The translations under genes and the position numbers were made by a program. DNA of 64,000 bases from assembly GCA_964642155.1 (NCBI GenBank), contig CAZXNT010000002.1:1801-65800 (forward strand). Direction: 5' to 3'. Of the stretch, positions 19,013 to 29,775 are shown piece after piece; positions within the stretch are counted from its first letter, which is position 1; each line of letters opens with the position of its first letter. The DNA is from an uncultured Candidatus Saccharibacteria bacterium. Lineage in GTDB: Bacteria > Patescibacteriota > Minisyncoccia > UBA6257 > UBA9933. The notes beneath the pieces were generated by a model that made no database searches, was not told the origin of the DNA, and saw nothing but the letters and a program-made list of their open reading frames with translations.

Positions 19013-19099
19013 ATTGACTTTTTTGGTGGAATGTGTATAATTGAAACAATTAACAAATTAACAAAAGTTCGTTTTTAACGGACTAGATGATAGAAAATC
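19013..19099 (+). promoter_or_regulatory. Duplicated promoter plus leader, copy 1
   Basis: TTGACT-16nt-TATAAT; 74 of 87 bases identical to 25693-25779 (hand count). Confidence 0.8.
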
Positions 19100-19125
19100 G
19101 GAAAAAAGAAAATTGGAGGTGGAAT

Positions 19126-19917
19126 ATGAAAAAGATAATGTTGCCGGTTGTAATATCGTACGATTCAGAGAAAGTTTATTTGCTGAATCAAAATGTGATA
19201 AAGATAACCAATGATCGCGAATTACTAAATATTCACCGCTTCAGAGAATGTATTAAAAATCAAAAGATTTTTTTAACGGATTTTGGTCATTTCAAGGTTC
19301 AAGTTCCCAATATAGAATCGTTTAGTTATCCAAAGTTGGAAATGGAATTTCTTCGCGGTTATAATTTTGAAATTCTGTTAAAAAAATCGGATAGACATAG
19401 TCGAAGTAGGTTACTTAGGATTGTTGCATCGCTTTTCGCGTGGTTTTATAACAATTTGGTGATATGGCACGATTTTGCTCCAAGGAATGTTATTATTAAT
19501 TTTGAAAAAGAAATAATAAACTTTGTTGATTTTGAAAGAGGCTTCGTAATTATGAATGGTAAAATAGAGAAGGCGGAATATTACCATTATTTAAGCAATA
19601 TAATTGCGGAAGAATGGGGTGCCTTTTTAACGATTGATGAGTTTAATTATTTATTGCCAAACTTCTGGGATGGCGTAAATGAAATCGACGACAAGCCCGA
19701 CGCCCTAACATCAAAAAGAAAATCCGCCATATTTAAAGTTTTATACCCTGGACAATCTATTACAACCAAAAAGACAGTTTTGATTTCTAGGGCTATGCAG
19801 AAAGTGGCGCAAGCTGAAAATCGCAATGGTTTTTTGAATTTTCCTTTAATTATAATTGAGCGAATGACTAAAAAATTAGGAGTTGATTGGTATGCTCAAA
19901 TTATAGTGGGGAAATAA
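19126..19917 (+). CDS. Protein-kinase-like (RIO/Kdo/APH-type) phosphotransferase
   Basis: LEMEFL.G, WHDFAPRNVI and FVDFE motifs; GGAGGTG SD before ATG 19126. Confidence 0.65.
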   Translation: MKKIMLPVVISYDSEKVYLLNQNVIKITNDRELLNIHRFRECIKNQKIFLTDFGHFKVQVPNIESFSYPKLEMEFLRGYNFEILLKKSDRHSRSRLLRIVASLFAWFYNNLVIWHDFAPRNVIINFEKEIINFVDFERGFVIMNGKIEKAEYYHYLSNIIAEEWGAFLTIDEFNYLLPNFWDGVNEIDDKPDALTSKRKSAIFKVLYPGQSITTKKTVLISRAMQKVAQAENRNGFLNFPLIIIERMTKKLGVDWYAQIIVGK

Positions 19918-19939
19918 AAAGGCGTTGATTAAAGAAGAT

Positions 19940-20413
19940 TTAATTAACGCCTTTTATTATTGATAAGGGATATTTTGGTTGAGTTAATTGAACTAAAAAA
20001 TAGTCGTCAATGATCATAGCAACGCGCTTGTCCATAATTTCACTTTCATTCAAAAGTTTAAATTCTTTATAATTAAACCATTTATATTCAATAATTTCTT
20101 CATTTTCTTCTGATGATTTTGATAAAAATGGCTCGCTATTTTCTTTTGGCTGGCAAATAAAATTTACTTGCAATAAAAAATCATCGTTTTTATTTCTTTC
20201 AAAAATACTTAAAATATTCTCAATAATAATATCTAAATTTACTTCCTCTTTTACTTCTCTTATAGCAGACGCTATTAATCCCTTATCTTTTCCCGGGTTA
20301 AATGTTCCTTTTACAACGTTCCAAAAATAGCCGTTTTTCTTCTTTGACCATTCTTTAATCAATAAAATTTTATCACCGTTTTTTATTAAGCTTGTTGTTT
20401 TGATTATTATCAT
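19940..20413 (-). CDS. NUDIX hydrolase
   Basis: Variant Nudix box WNVVKGT...SAIREVKEEVNL. Confidence 0.8.
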   Translation of the reverse strand: MIIIKTTSLIKNGDKILLIKEWSKKKNGYFWNVVKGTFNPGKDKGLIASAIREVKEEVNLDIIIENILSIFERNKNDDFLLQVNFICQPKENSEPFLSKSSEENEEIIEYKWFNYKEFKLLNESEIMDKRVAMIIDDYFLVQLTQPKYPLSIIKGVN

Positions 20414-20462
20414 ATTTTGTAACCGAAATAATTATATAAATTAATAAGTTTTTTGTCGAGTT

Positions 20463-20756
20463 TTATTTTATTTCTTCTTTCAAATCAACAAGATAGACAA
20501 AATAAACATTGTGAACCCCTTTTTCTTTTTTAATATATGCCCAGCCGTAAATAAGTTGCGGGTCGGAACCAAGCGCAAAACCGAGTTCCTCATCTAGTTC
20601 TCACTTCAAAGCCTCTAAAATTGTTTCTCCAAATTCAATATGCCCGCCAGGAATATCTCTGACTCCTTTCGCGGTTTTATAATACAAAACTTTATCACCG
20701 CAACGAAAAACGACCTTAACGCTCGGCTTGGAAATTTGTAATACTGAGTCAGACAT
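20463..20756 (-). pseudogene. NUDIX hydrolase with an in-frame TGA in the Nudix box
   Basis: Reads ..IPGGHIEFGETILEALK*ELDEELG..; TGA at 20601-20603 replaces the conserved Arg. Confidence 0.75.
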
Positions 20757-20778
20757 ATTTTTTATCGTAAATTAGTTT

Positions 20779-23463
20779 TTAATTTTCTAACGCCCACAAT
20801 AATATAAATTTCCCCTTATTTGCAAACACACTTCTAGCTGAAAATTTTTTTATCAAAAACTCTAAATATTCTTGATCTGAGACAATTTTTTTAATCTCAA
20901 TACCACGAAGAAACTCCTCTATTTTTCTTGATTGTTTTTTCGGCCCACTCATTAAGTTTTTTCCTTGCACAAAATAATTAAATAATATTTCTTTTATTTT
21001 TTCTTCTAAAAAAAATTCATCAATTCCGGCAACTCTATACAAATAATATTCTCGTAATAAAAAAACAAAATTGTTAATAAATTGTTTTGTAAAATCTTGC
21101 GCCGAATACTCAACGCAATTGCTGTTCTTAAAAAACTTTGTTTTTTTAATATTCACATGTTCACGGTCATTAAAAAACTGAACAAATAAATTATATTTTG
21201 AAAGTTTTTGCAAACTACGCTGATTCAATACGAGCGGCAAACGACTAATTAAGCCAAATAAGTTTATTTTTTTATCTAAGCCGTAATTACAATCACTATT
21301 TTTGGTTTTTAAAAACTCCCCTATTTCTTCTGTTTTAAAATTCCATTTTTTAAAAATTTTCTTCTTTGTTTTTAAATAATTAAATACTTCGGAAATTATC
21401 AAATAACTTTTTGATTCAAGAAAATCAATTGCTAATTCAGGAGTAAGTTTGCCGTCCCTGATTTCTTTGAGTACGCGGAATGATCCATTTTTATAAATAT
21501 CGCTCCAAAAAGCTTTGTCTGTAATTCGGCCAGCGATTTTATCATTCTCCCATACAAGGCTAATCGGTATGAACCATGCATTCTGTGGCCTTCGTATATC
21601 CCAATTAATATATAATTTATTTCCATTAACATAAACAATACCATGCTTCATTAGACCAGTAAGGATTATCTCTACTTTTTTTGAGACCTCTTTGGAAATT
21701 CTCAATACAATGGAGCCTTTTGAACCAAAACCACCAATACCTCCAAGTAAAGATTCAATTTTTCTGACAAATATTCTGTAATCATCAAATCGATGTCGGT
21801 CTTTTTTCAAATTATCAATTTCATCTAAAAACCTTTTACCAAGAATATTTGTTTTTAAAATATTATCAGTCAAAACTTTTAATTCTTCCTCATTGATTTC
21901 ATTTAAAATAATTTTTAATTTTATTCTGGACATATATTTTTCCAGATTTTCATAATCAGTTTGTGTCTTAAAACTAAATATACCTTCACCATCTTTAACA
22001 ACATAATGATACCCGACATTTATTTCTGCATTCTCTGCGATTGTTGGTATTTGGTGAGGTAAGTTTACAGAAAAGTTATTCTTTTTTAATAATTGTTTAA
22101 TTTCATACAATAAATTTGATTTCTGTTTTTGGTGTAGTGATGGTGCCCATATCATCATAAAATCAATATCCGAAACGGCTCTTTTGAGCGCTGTCCCATA
22201 AAAGAAAGAGGAATTTTTAGCAAAAATATTTATATCGTATTTCTTTTCGCTAAGGCTTTTTGAAAGAATTTTTATTAAATCTCTGGTAAAACCAAAAGAA
22301 TCCACAAAAATCTTACCCTGAGCTTTTTTAATTTTATTATAATCCACCTCCCATACATAGTCTGGTAAAAATATCCCCGAAAACATTTTTTTAACAAACG
22401 CCAATCGTTCTTGGCTATTTTTTTGATCAACGGCAAGTTTTATAGCCAATTGTTTAATTTTTTGAGAATTATCATAAACACCATTTTTTTTGTTTTGACC
22501 ATGTTGCAGAGTGTCCAAGATGGTTTTTGTGGCTATCTTATTTATTGCGGAATGACTATTAAAACTTTTTAAACACTTAATAACTTTTTTTGAAAATCTT
22601 ATATCTCCATGAAAAATAAAATGATTAGGAAATCGCGTATTAAACAATGGACAATCTCCGTGATATTTAGAATTAAACAAAGCAAAAACAATTTTCCCGG
22701 ACTGTACTGCATAGTGCGCCAATCCCGAATCGGCACCAAAATAATACGAACAATTATCGATGGCATTACATGCGTCTTTAAAAGTTAATGTTTTTGAGAT
22801 TGTTAACTTGTCTTTAAAACGTTCGATTATCTTTTCCCCTATTTCGTTTTGCTGTACGTCATCGCCGACTTGTTTAATCAAAAACAAGGAATAGCCACTT
22901 TTTTCTGCGTAAAAAAGAGTCTTTATAATTTCTTTAATATTAAAATGGAGTCTTTTTTTAAAATTTTCTCCAACATTAAAATTAATTATTATATTCTTGT
23001 TTTTAACTTCTTGGGTAGAAAATTGCCTTTTTGCAATCGGCAATTTCAAAAAACTCAACATTGTTTCAATTCTTTGCTCTTCGTGTAAACTTTCAAAAGT
23101 CTCCAAAAGATATTCTCGATGGTTTTTCCAATATTTTATAATTTCTCTCGTTCTACTAATTCTTTGTATCTCCAAAACATGTTTATGCTTATTCAAAACA
23201 TTTTCTATCGCAGTAATATTTTTAAAATCTTTGCGCGTAAATATTACAGCGAATGATTCGTGTTCGAATGTTTTATTTCTAAAATTTTTAATGATTGGGT
23301 AAAAATTATTTTTACGCCAAAAAGAAATTAAGTAACCAATTGTCATAAATGACAAAATAATTGGTTGTTTAAATAACCAATCGCCGTATTTCCCAACCAT
23401 ATCGTAAAAAATAACATTATTCCCAAACTTTTTATTCAACAAATCAATTCTTACTGGAGTCAT
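20779..23463 (-). CDS. Multidomain protein: GT9 (heptosyltransferase-like) region plus a putative nucleotidyltransferase region
   Basis: GADSGLAHYA..GKIVFALF is GT9-like; SSFFYG..SDIDF resembles the pol-beta NTase motif. Confidence 0.5.
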   Translation of the reverse strand: MTPVRIDLLNKKFGNNVIFYDMVGKYGDWLFKQPIILSFMTIGYLISFWRKNNFYPIIKNFRNKTFEHESFAVIFTRKDFKNITAIENVLNKHKHVLEIQRISRTREIIKYWKNHREYLLETFESLHEEQRIETMLSFLKLPIAKRQFSTQEVKNKNIIINFNVGENFKKRLHFNIKEIIKTLFYAEKSGYSLFLIKQVGDDVQQNEIGEKIIERFKDKLTISKTLTFKDACNAIDNCSYYFGADSGLAHYAVQSGKIVFALFNSKYHGDCPLFNTRFPNHFIFHGDIRFSKKVIKCLKSFNSHSAINKIATKTILDTLQHGQNKKNGVYDNSQKIKQLAIKLAVDQKNSQERLAFVKKMFSGIFLPDYVWEVDYNKIKKAQGKIFVDSFGFTRDLIKILSKSLSEKKYDINIFAKNSSFFYGTALKRAVSDIDFMMIWAPSLHQKQKSNLLYEIKQLLKKNNFSVNLPHQIPTIAENAEINVGYHYVVKDGEGIFSFKTQTDYENLEKYMSRIKLKIILNEINEEELKVLTDNILKTNILGKRFLDEIDNLKKDRHRFDDYRIFVRKIESLLGGIGGFGSKGSIVLRISKEVSKKVEIILTGLMKHGIVYVNGNKLYINWDIRRPQNAWFIPISLVWENDKIAGRITDKAFWSDIYKNGSFRVLKEIRDGKLTPELAIDFLESKSYLIISEVFNYLKTKKKIFKKWNFKTEEIGEFLKTKNSDCNYGLDKKINLFGLISRLPLVLNQRSLQKLSKYNLFVQFFNDREHVNIKKTKFFKNSNCVEYSAQDFTKQFINNFVFLLREYYLYRVAGIDEFFLEEKIKEILFNYFVQGKNLMSGPKKQSRKIEEFLRGIEIKKIVSDQEYLEFLIKKFSARSVFANKGKFILLWALEN

Positions 23464-24178
23464 ATGTTTGTATTACAATATAATGTTCTAAAATACGTTT
23501 ATATATTTTATTTTTTTTAGCCCCAATCACCCTTGATAATATATTTCTAGCCTCAGCAAGAGTGGAAAATTGAATTACTATTTTGCAATGTTTTATATTA
23601 AACCCATGATCTGCAAACCACTTATTATTATTTTTCATTTTTTCTACATTTAATTTTGGGAACAATGATGTTAAATTATCTTTTTTACAAGGACTCACCC
23701 TTACAATAATACCATCTTTTTTAAGAACTCTTTTAATTTCCACCAAGGAACATTGTTTGCACATCGTTACCCATGTCGCAATTATCAAATCTGCATAATT
23801 ATTTTTGCATGGAATTTTTTCACCAGAACCACGCGCATATCTAACGTTGGAAATTTTCAGTTTCTTTGTTGTTTCTCTGGCAAATTTCAATTGTTGTTCA
23901 GCGGGTTCAACACCAAGTACTTTTTTACAATATCTCGATAAAATATTTACATACTTGCCCGTACCACAACCCACATCCAACATTACTGTTTTTTGAGGAT
24001 TGCAAAGCTTTTTTAAATAATTTACAACTACATTCTTATAATCCTCCGCCTGGCAAAAATGATTGTAAAATTGAGGACTGACATTATATGATTTTACGAA
24101 TTTAGTCGTATCTCCGACACTTAATCCATGCGTGCATTCTTTTTGAAACACTGCTTTTTGTAAATTTTGTCGTTTCAT
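23444..24178 (-). CDS. Class I SAM-dependent methyltransferase
   Basis: LDVGCGTG, GVEP and RVLKKDG motifs. Confidence 0.85.
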   Translation of the reverse strand: MKRQNLQKAVFQKECTHGLSVGDTTKFVKSYNVSPQFYNHFCQAEDYKNVVVNYLKKLCNPQKTVMLDVGCGTGKYVNILSRYCKKVLGVEPAEQQLKFARETTKKLKISNVRYARGSGEKIPCKNNYADLIIATWVTMCKQCSLVEIKRVLKKDGIIVRVSPCKKDNLTSLFPKLNVEKMKNNNKWFADHGFNIKHCKIVIQFSTLAEARNILSRVIGAKKNKIYKRILEHYIVIQTYDSSKN

Positions 24179-24250
24179 GGTAATATTTATAAATAAACTG
24201 AATACATAACTAATAATTTAAAGTCCTTCATCGCGACACACTTAAATAAT

Positions 24251-24769
24251 ATGACTAAAACAATTATGGATTGCAATGCTATTTTGAAAATTGGAGTTTT
24301 AATAGAAGACAAGGGAAAACTTTTACTTATCAAAGAACAGGGCTGGCAAGATGGACGGTATAAATGGAACATTATTAAGGGAACTTACGATCCATTAAAA
24401 GATGAAGATTTAACCGATACAGCAACAAGAGAATCTTTTGAAGAAGCAAAAGCAAAAATACAAATCAAATCCCTGTTAAACATCTTGTATTTAAAGAAAA
24501 ACAACCAGCCGTTTATTCAGTTTAATTTCGTCGCAAAACTTAAATCAATTAAAAAAACACAGAAAAAATCTACGGAATTACTCACCCACGATGATGGCCG
24601 CAAAGAAAACATCGTTGAGGTAAAGTTTTTCAACAAAGACGAACTAAAACAGCTTAAACTAAATGAACTTATGGGAGAAAGAACACATGTGGCTATAAAG
24701 GATTGGCTTTCCCATAAACCAACGAAACAAACAAAAACACAAATTCTTAAAATAGTTAAAAATTATTAA
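24251..24769 (+). CDS. NUDIX hydrolase, paralogue of 19940-20413 (start may be 24266)
   Basis: WNIIKGTYDP..D...TATRESFEEA variant Nudix box. Confidence 0.8.
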   Translation: MTKTIMDCNAILKIGVLIEDKGKLLLIKEQGWQDGRYKWNIIKGTYDPLKDEDLTDTATRESFEEAKAKIQIKSLLNILYLKKNNQPFIQFNFVAKLKSIKKTQKKSTELLTHDDGRKENIVEVKFFNKDELKQLKLNELMGERTHVAIKDWLSHKPTKQTKTQILKIVKNY

Positions 24770-24796
24770 AAAATAACAAAAAAGGAAAGCTCGAAA

Positions 24797-25405
24797 CTAG
24801 CTTTCCTTTTTATTTTTAACTATATCCTCAATAATTCTGAGGATTTTGAAGCAAGTTTCATCTAGTCTGTCATTATTAGAAATAATTTTTGAGGGAATAT
24901 TTAAAACTTTTGAATACATCTCTGCTGTTTCAATTGCGCGTCTCTGTTCCTTAATCACAAAATCAATACTTGTAATATGGCGATCTCTGCGGATACGCAA
25001 ATCTAAATTTTTGCGCGCTAAAACATTCTCTGGTCTGGCAACTAGTGTTATTATTAAAACAACATGGCTGCCATCATCAGTTCTAAATGGACGAATTATC
25101 TCGCTGTCGTCGCAGTGGCTACATGAACATAAGTGAATATCATATAACCTTATTGTATTCATGTCCTCAAGGTCAGCCTGATAAATCCGCTCAGTTGTTC
25201 CCGCATGAAAAGCGCTTCTGGTTTTCTCGGGTAATAACCTGTATTCTTCCACTGTTTTAACTCCACCCAGCTCACAAAGTGTTTCTTTTACTTTAGCCTG
25301 TTCTATTTTCAAAACACTTTGGATGCTAAGTTCTCCCGTCTTTTCTATAACAGTAGACTTTCCAACACCCGAAACACCGTTTACAAACACAATCATTGCA
25401 ATCAC
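24797..25405 (-). CDS. P-loop nucleotide kinase (archaeal-type adenylate kinase/AAA_17-like)
   Basis: GVSGVGKST; SD AAGGAGGTG upstream. Confidence 0.7.
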   Translation of the reverse strand: MIAMIVFVNGVSGVGKSTVIEKTGELSIQSVLKIEQAKVKETLCELGGVKTVEEYRLLPEKTRSAFHAGTTERIYQADLEDMNTIRLYDIHLCSCSHCDDSEIIRPFRTDDGSHVVLIITLVARPENVLARKNLDLRIRRDRHITSIDFVIKEQRRAIETAEMYSKVLNIPSKIISNNDRLDETCFKILRIIEDIVKNKKES

Positions 25406-25692
25406 CTCCTTCTTTTTAAAATGTTAAAGGACTTCATCCTTTATTTCTATACTACCCATTAAATCATTAAGAAGTCAATGGCTAGTGGCAATACCACATA
25501 CACAGAAATTGAATTTTAAAGCCGAACACTTGGCGATATAAAATATCGTCATATGAAAAACAAAAAAAACCGGGAGCAATGGGCTAAATTAAATTTTGGC
25601 ACTTAATCCGCGGAATCGTTCAGCAAAAAACCATATAACGATCTTTTAAAATTGTCTGAAAAGTGCAATATGTGTGTAGATTACCTTTCGCC

Positions 25693-25779
25693 ATTGACTT
25701 TTTTAGTGAAATAGATATAATTGAAACAATTAGTAAATTAACAAAAGTTCGCCATTGGCGGACTAAATGATAGAAAATC
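25693..25779 (+). promoter_or_regulatory. Duplicated promoter plus leader, copy 2
   Basis: TTGACT-16nt-TATAAT; direct repeat of 19013-19099. Confidence 0.8.
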
Positions 25780-25805
25780 AATTTTTTGAAAGGAGGTGAA
25801 AATCA

Positions 25806-26231
25806 ATGAGAAAGAAAATGTTGTTGCTCGGAATCTTGCTTCTGCTTTTCTCCGGTTACGGCTGTTCAGTAGTAATGGCTGTAAAACAACCGGAAGAAAA
25901 GAATCTTGATGTTCTCTCAGTGGGGAATCATCAGGATGTTGTTAGGGCCGAACTTGGCGCTCCCACATCAACAGGATTGATGGGAATTAACGGAGAGAAA
26001 TTCGAATACGACGTATTCGGATTCTCGGAAGGCAATTCCAGAGGGTGGGGAGTCGGCAGGGCGTTGCTATATGGAGTCCTAGATGTTTTTACTTTTGGAC
26101 TCTGGGAAATAGTAGGCACCCCCATAGAAGGGGGTATATCTGGCGGAGAAAAAAGAAATATTAGAGTTGTCTACTCTAAAGAAAAAACAGTTATGAGAGT
26201 AGACGACTTAAGGCCGCCGTTAAGGCAGTAA
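25806..26231 (+). CDS. Putative lipoprotein
   Basis: SD AAGGAGGTG; signal peptide ending in GYGC. Confidence 0.7.
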   Translation: MRKKMLLLGILLLLFSGYGCSVVMAVKQPEEKNLDVLSVGNHQDVVRAELGAPTSTGLMGINGEKFEYDVFGFSEGNSRGWGVGRALLYGVLDVFTFGLWEIVGTPIEGGISGGEKRNIRVVYSKEKTVMRVDDLRPPLRQ

Positions 26232-26245
26232 GCGCGGAGTGTTAC

Positions 26246-26277
26246 GGCAGGGTTTCAATTTCAACCCTGCCTTTTTT
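26246..26277 (+). terminator. Intrinsic terminator
   Basis: GGCAGGGTT..AACCCTGCC followed by T6. Confidence 0.8.
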
Positions 26278-26344
26278 ATTATTCAAAAAAGTTATCCACA
26301 TATCAACTCTTGCGTTTATTTTTTGATTTGTTAAAATTTGAAAT

Positions 26345-28171
<1,827 letters not shown>

Positions 28172-28174
28172 AAA

Positions 28175-28212
28175 TATTACATTTCAACTGCTATCGCAGT
28201 TGAAATGTAATA
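28175..28212. repeat. Perfect 17-bp palindrome, also present in frame in mutM
   Basis: TATTACATTTCAACTGC-TATC-GCAGTTGAAATGTAATA. Confidence 0.9.
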
Positions 28213-28280
28213 GTAAATTATCCCCTCCAAACTATCCCAAACGATACGGGGCTTTTTATTTTTTTAAAAATGGATTAAGA

Positions 28281-28697
28281 TAAAGGAATTGGTATAAATT
28301 TTGGAGCCATAGGCGAACAAAATTTATTTACCAAACCTTTACCCTGTTAAATAATTTTAAATTTTCTATAATATGTTTTATTATGTATATGTTTTAAAAT
28401 CATTGAAAGATAATAAATTTTATACGGGTTATACGGAAAATTTAAAATTAAGATTTGAGGAACATCAAAAAGGATATGTATTATCAACAAAAGATAGAAG
28501 ACCGTTTAAATTGGTTTATTATGAATCTTGTTTAGATAAGAAAGATGCTATACACAGAGAGAAATATTTAAAAACATATTTAGGTAAAATGTTTATTAAA
28601 AATCGCCTCAAATCTTATTTAACAGGGTGCTCAATGTTGTAGATAAATTTATTTCGCTCAACATTGGGTTTCGCTTATAAATTTATACAACATTGGC
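28281..28697. mobile_element. Three-hairpin cassette, copy A, with an IR-bounded GIY-YIG cargo (28341-28628)
   Basis: TAAAGG..CCTTT hairpin; 14-bp IR ACCCTGTTAAATAA/TTATTTAACAGGGT; 69-nt hairpin abutting the pfkB ATG. Confidence 0.65.
28373..28642 (+). CDS. Small standalone GIY-YIG nuclease
   Basis: YYVYVL, FYTGYT, RF.EH, LVYYE and REKYLK motifs. Confidence 0.9.
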   Translation: MFYYVYVLKSLKDNKFYTGYTENLKLRFEEHQKGYVLSTKDRRPFKLVYYESCLDKKDAIHREKYLKTYLGKMFIKNRLKSYLTGCSML

Positions 28698-29768
28698 ATG
28701 TACGATATCATCACAATCGGTACGGCGACGCGGGATGTTTTTTTAACCAGCCCGCTTTTTAAAGTTTTACGCGATAAAAGCCATTTGAAAAAAATCGGGT
28801 TTGCCACCGGTGAAGCGCAATGTTTCGCTTTGGGCGGGAAAATAGAAATCGGCGAGCCGGTGCTTGCCACGGGCGGTGGTGCCACCAATTCCGCGGTAAC
28901 ATTCAGCCGCCAGGGATTAAAAACCGCAACATTGATAAAAATCGGCGAAGACCAGGTCGGCAAGGATATTTTAGAAGAATTAAAAAAAGAGAAAATAGAT
29001 GTTTTAAAACTACAAAATACAAACTATAAACTACAAACTAATAACGGCACTGCTTATTCAACTATTCTTTTGGCGCCCGGCGGCGAAAGAACAATTTTGG
29101 TTTATCGCGGCGCTTCGGAAGATTTAACTTTTAAAGAAATTCCTCTTAGTGAATTAAAATCCAAATGGGTTTATGTTTCGCCGGGCAAAATGCCGCTTGA
29201 AACAATCAATAAAATTTTCAATCATTTCTATAAAAACAAAACTTTTATCGCTTTTAATCCCTCAAAGTATTTTATTGAGATGGGATTAAAAAAATTAAAA
29301 CCGCTCTTAAAAAAAACTAAAGTGTTTATTCTTAATCGCGAGGAAGCGTCTTATTTGACGGGAGTTGATTATCATAAAGAAAAAGAAATTTTCAAAAAAC
29401 TTGATGAGGTGGTTGACGGCATTGCCGTGATGACCGACGGGCCGAATGGCATTTTGGTCTCAGATTGCTGCAATATTTATAAAGCTGGAATTTTTTCCGC
29501 CAGAGGCAGGGGAAAAAAAGCGATTGATCGCACCGGCGCCGGCGACGCTTTTGGCAGCGGATTCGTGGCGGGCTTGATTCAGACGCGGGAAAAATGCAAA
29601 AAAGGATTATGCGGAATTGACAATGTTGAATACGCCATTCGTTTGGGTTCAGCCAACGCCACTTCGGTAATTGAAAAAATCGGCGCGAAAAAAGGAATTA
29701 TTACTAAATTAGAATTTCAGAAGTCAAAACGATGGAAAAATCTGTTAATAAATATTATAAAAACATAA
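28698..29768 (+). CDS. PfkB-family carbohydrate kinase
   Basis: GGGATNSA, NREEA and DRTGAGDAFGSG motifs. Confidence 0.92.
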   Translation: MYDIITIGTATRDVFLTSPLFKVLRDKSHLKKIGFATGEAQCFALGGKIEIGEPVLATGGGATNSAVTFSRQGLKTATLIKIGEDQVGKDILEELKKEKIDVLKLQNTNYKLQTNNGTAYSTILLAPGGERTILVYRGASEDLTFKEIPLSELKSKWVYVSPGKMPLETINKIFNHFYKNKTFIAFNPSKYFIEMGLKKLKPLLKKTKVFILNREEASYLTGVDYHKEKEIFKKLDEVVDGIAVMTDGPNGILVSDCCNIYKAGIFSARGRGKKAIDRTGAGDAFGSGFVAGLIQTREKCKKGLCGIDNVEYAIRLGSANATSVIEKIGAKKGIITKLEFQKSKRWKNLLINIIKT

Positions 29769-29775
29769 ATTATTT

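Noticed and set aside
20601-20603. TGA as evidence of genetic code 25 or selenocysteine
   Set aside because: TGA terminates conserved genes here (infA, rpsU, rplO, rpmC), and the position needs Arg rather than Gly or Sec.
26292-26300. Perfect DnaA box TTATCCACA as a replication origin
   Set aside because: It is a single box, with no cluster and no dnaA/dnaN nearby; at most a promoter-proximal site.
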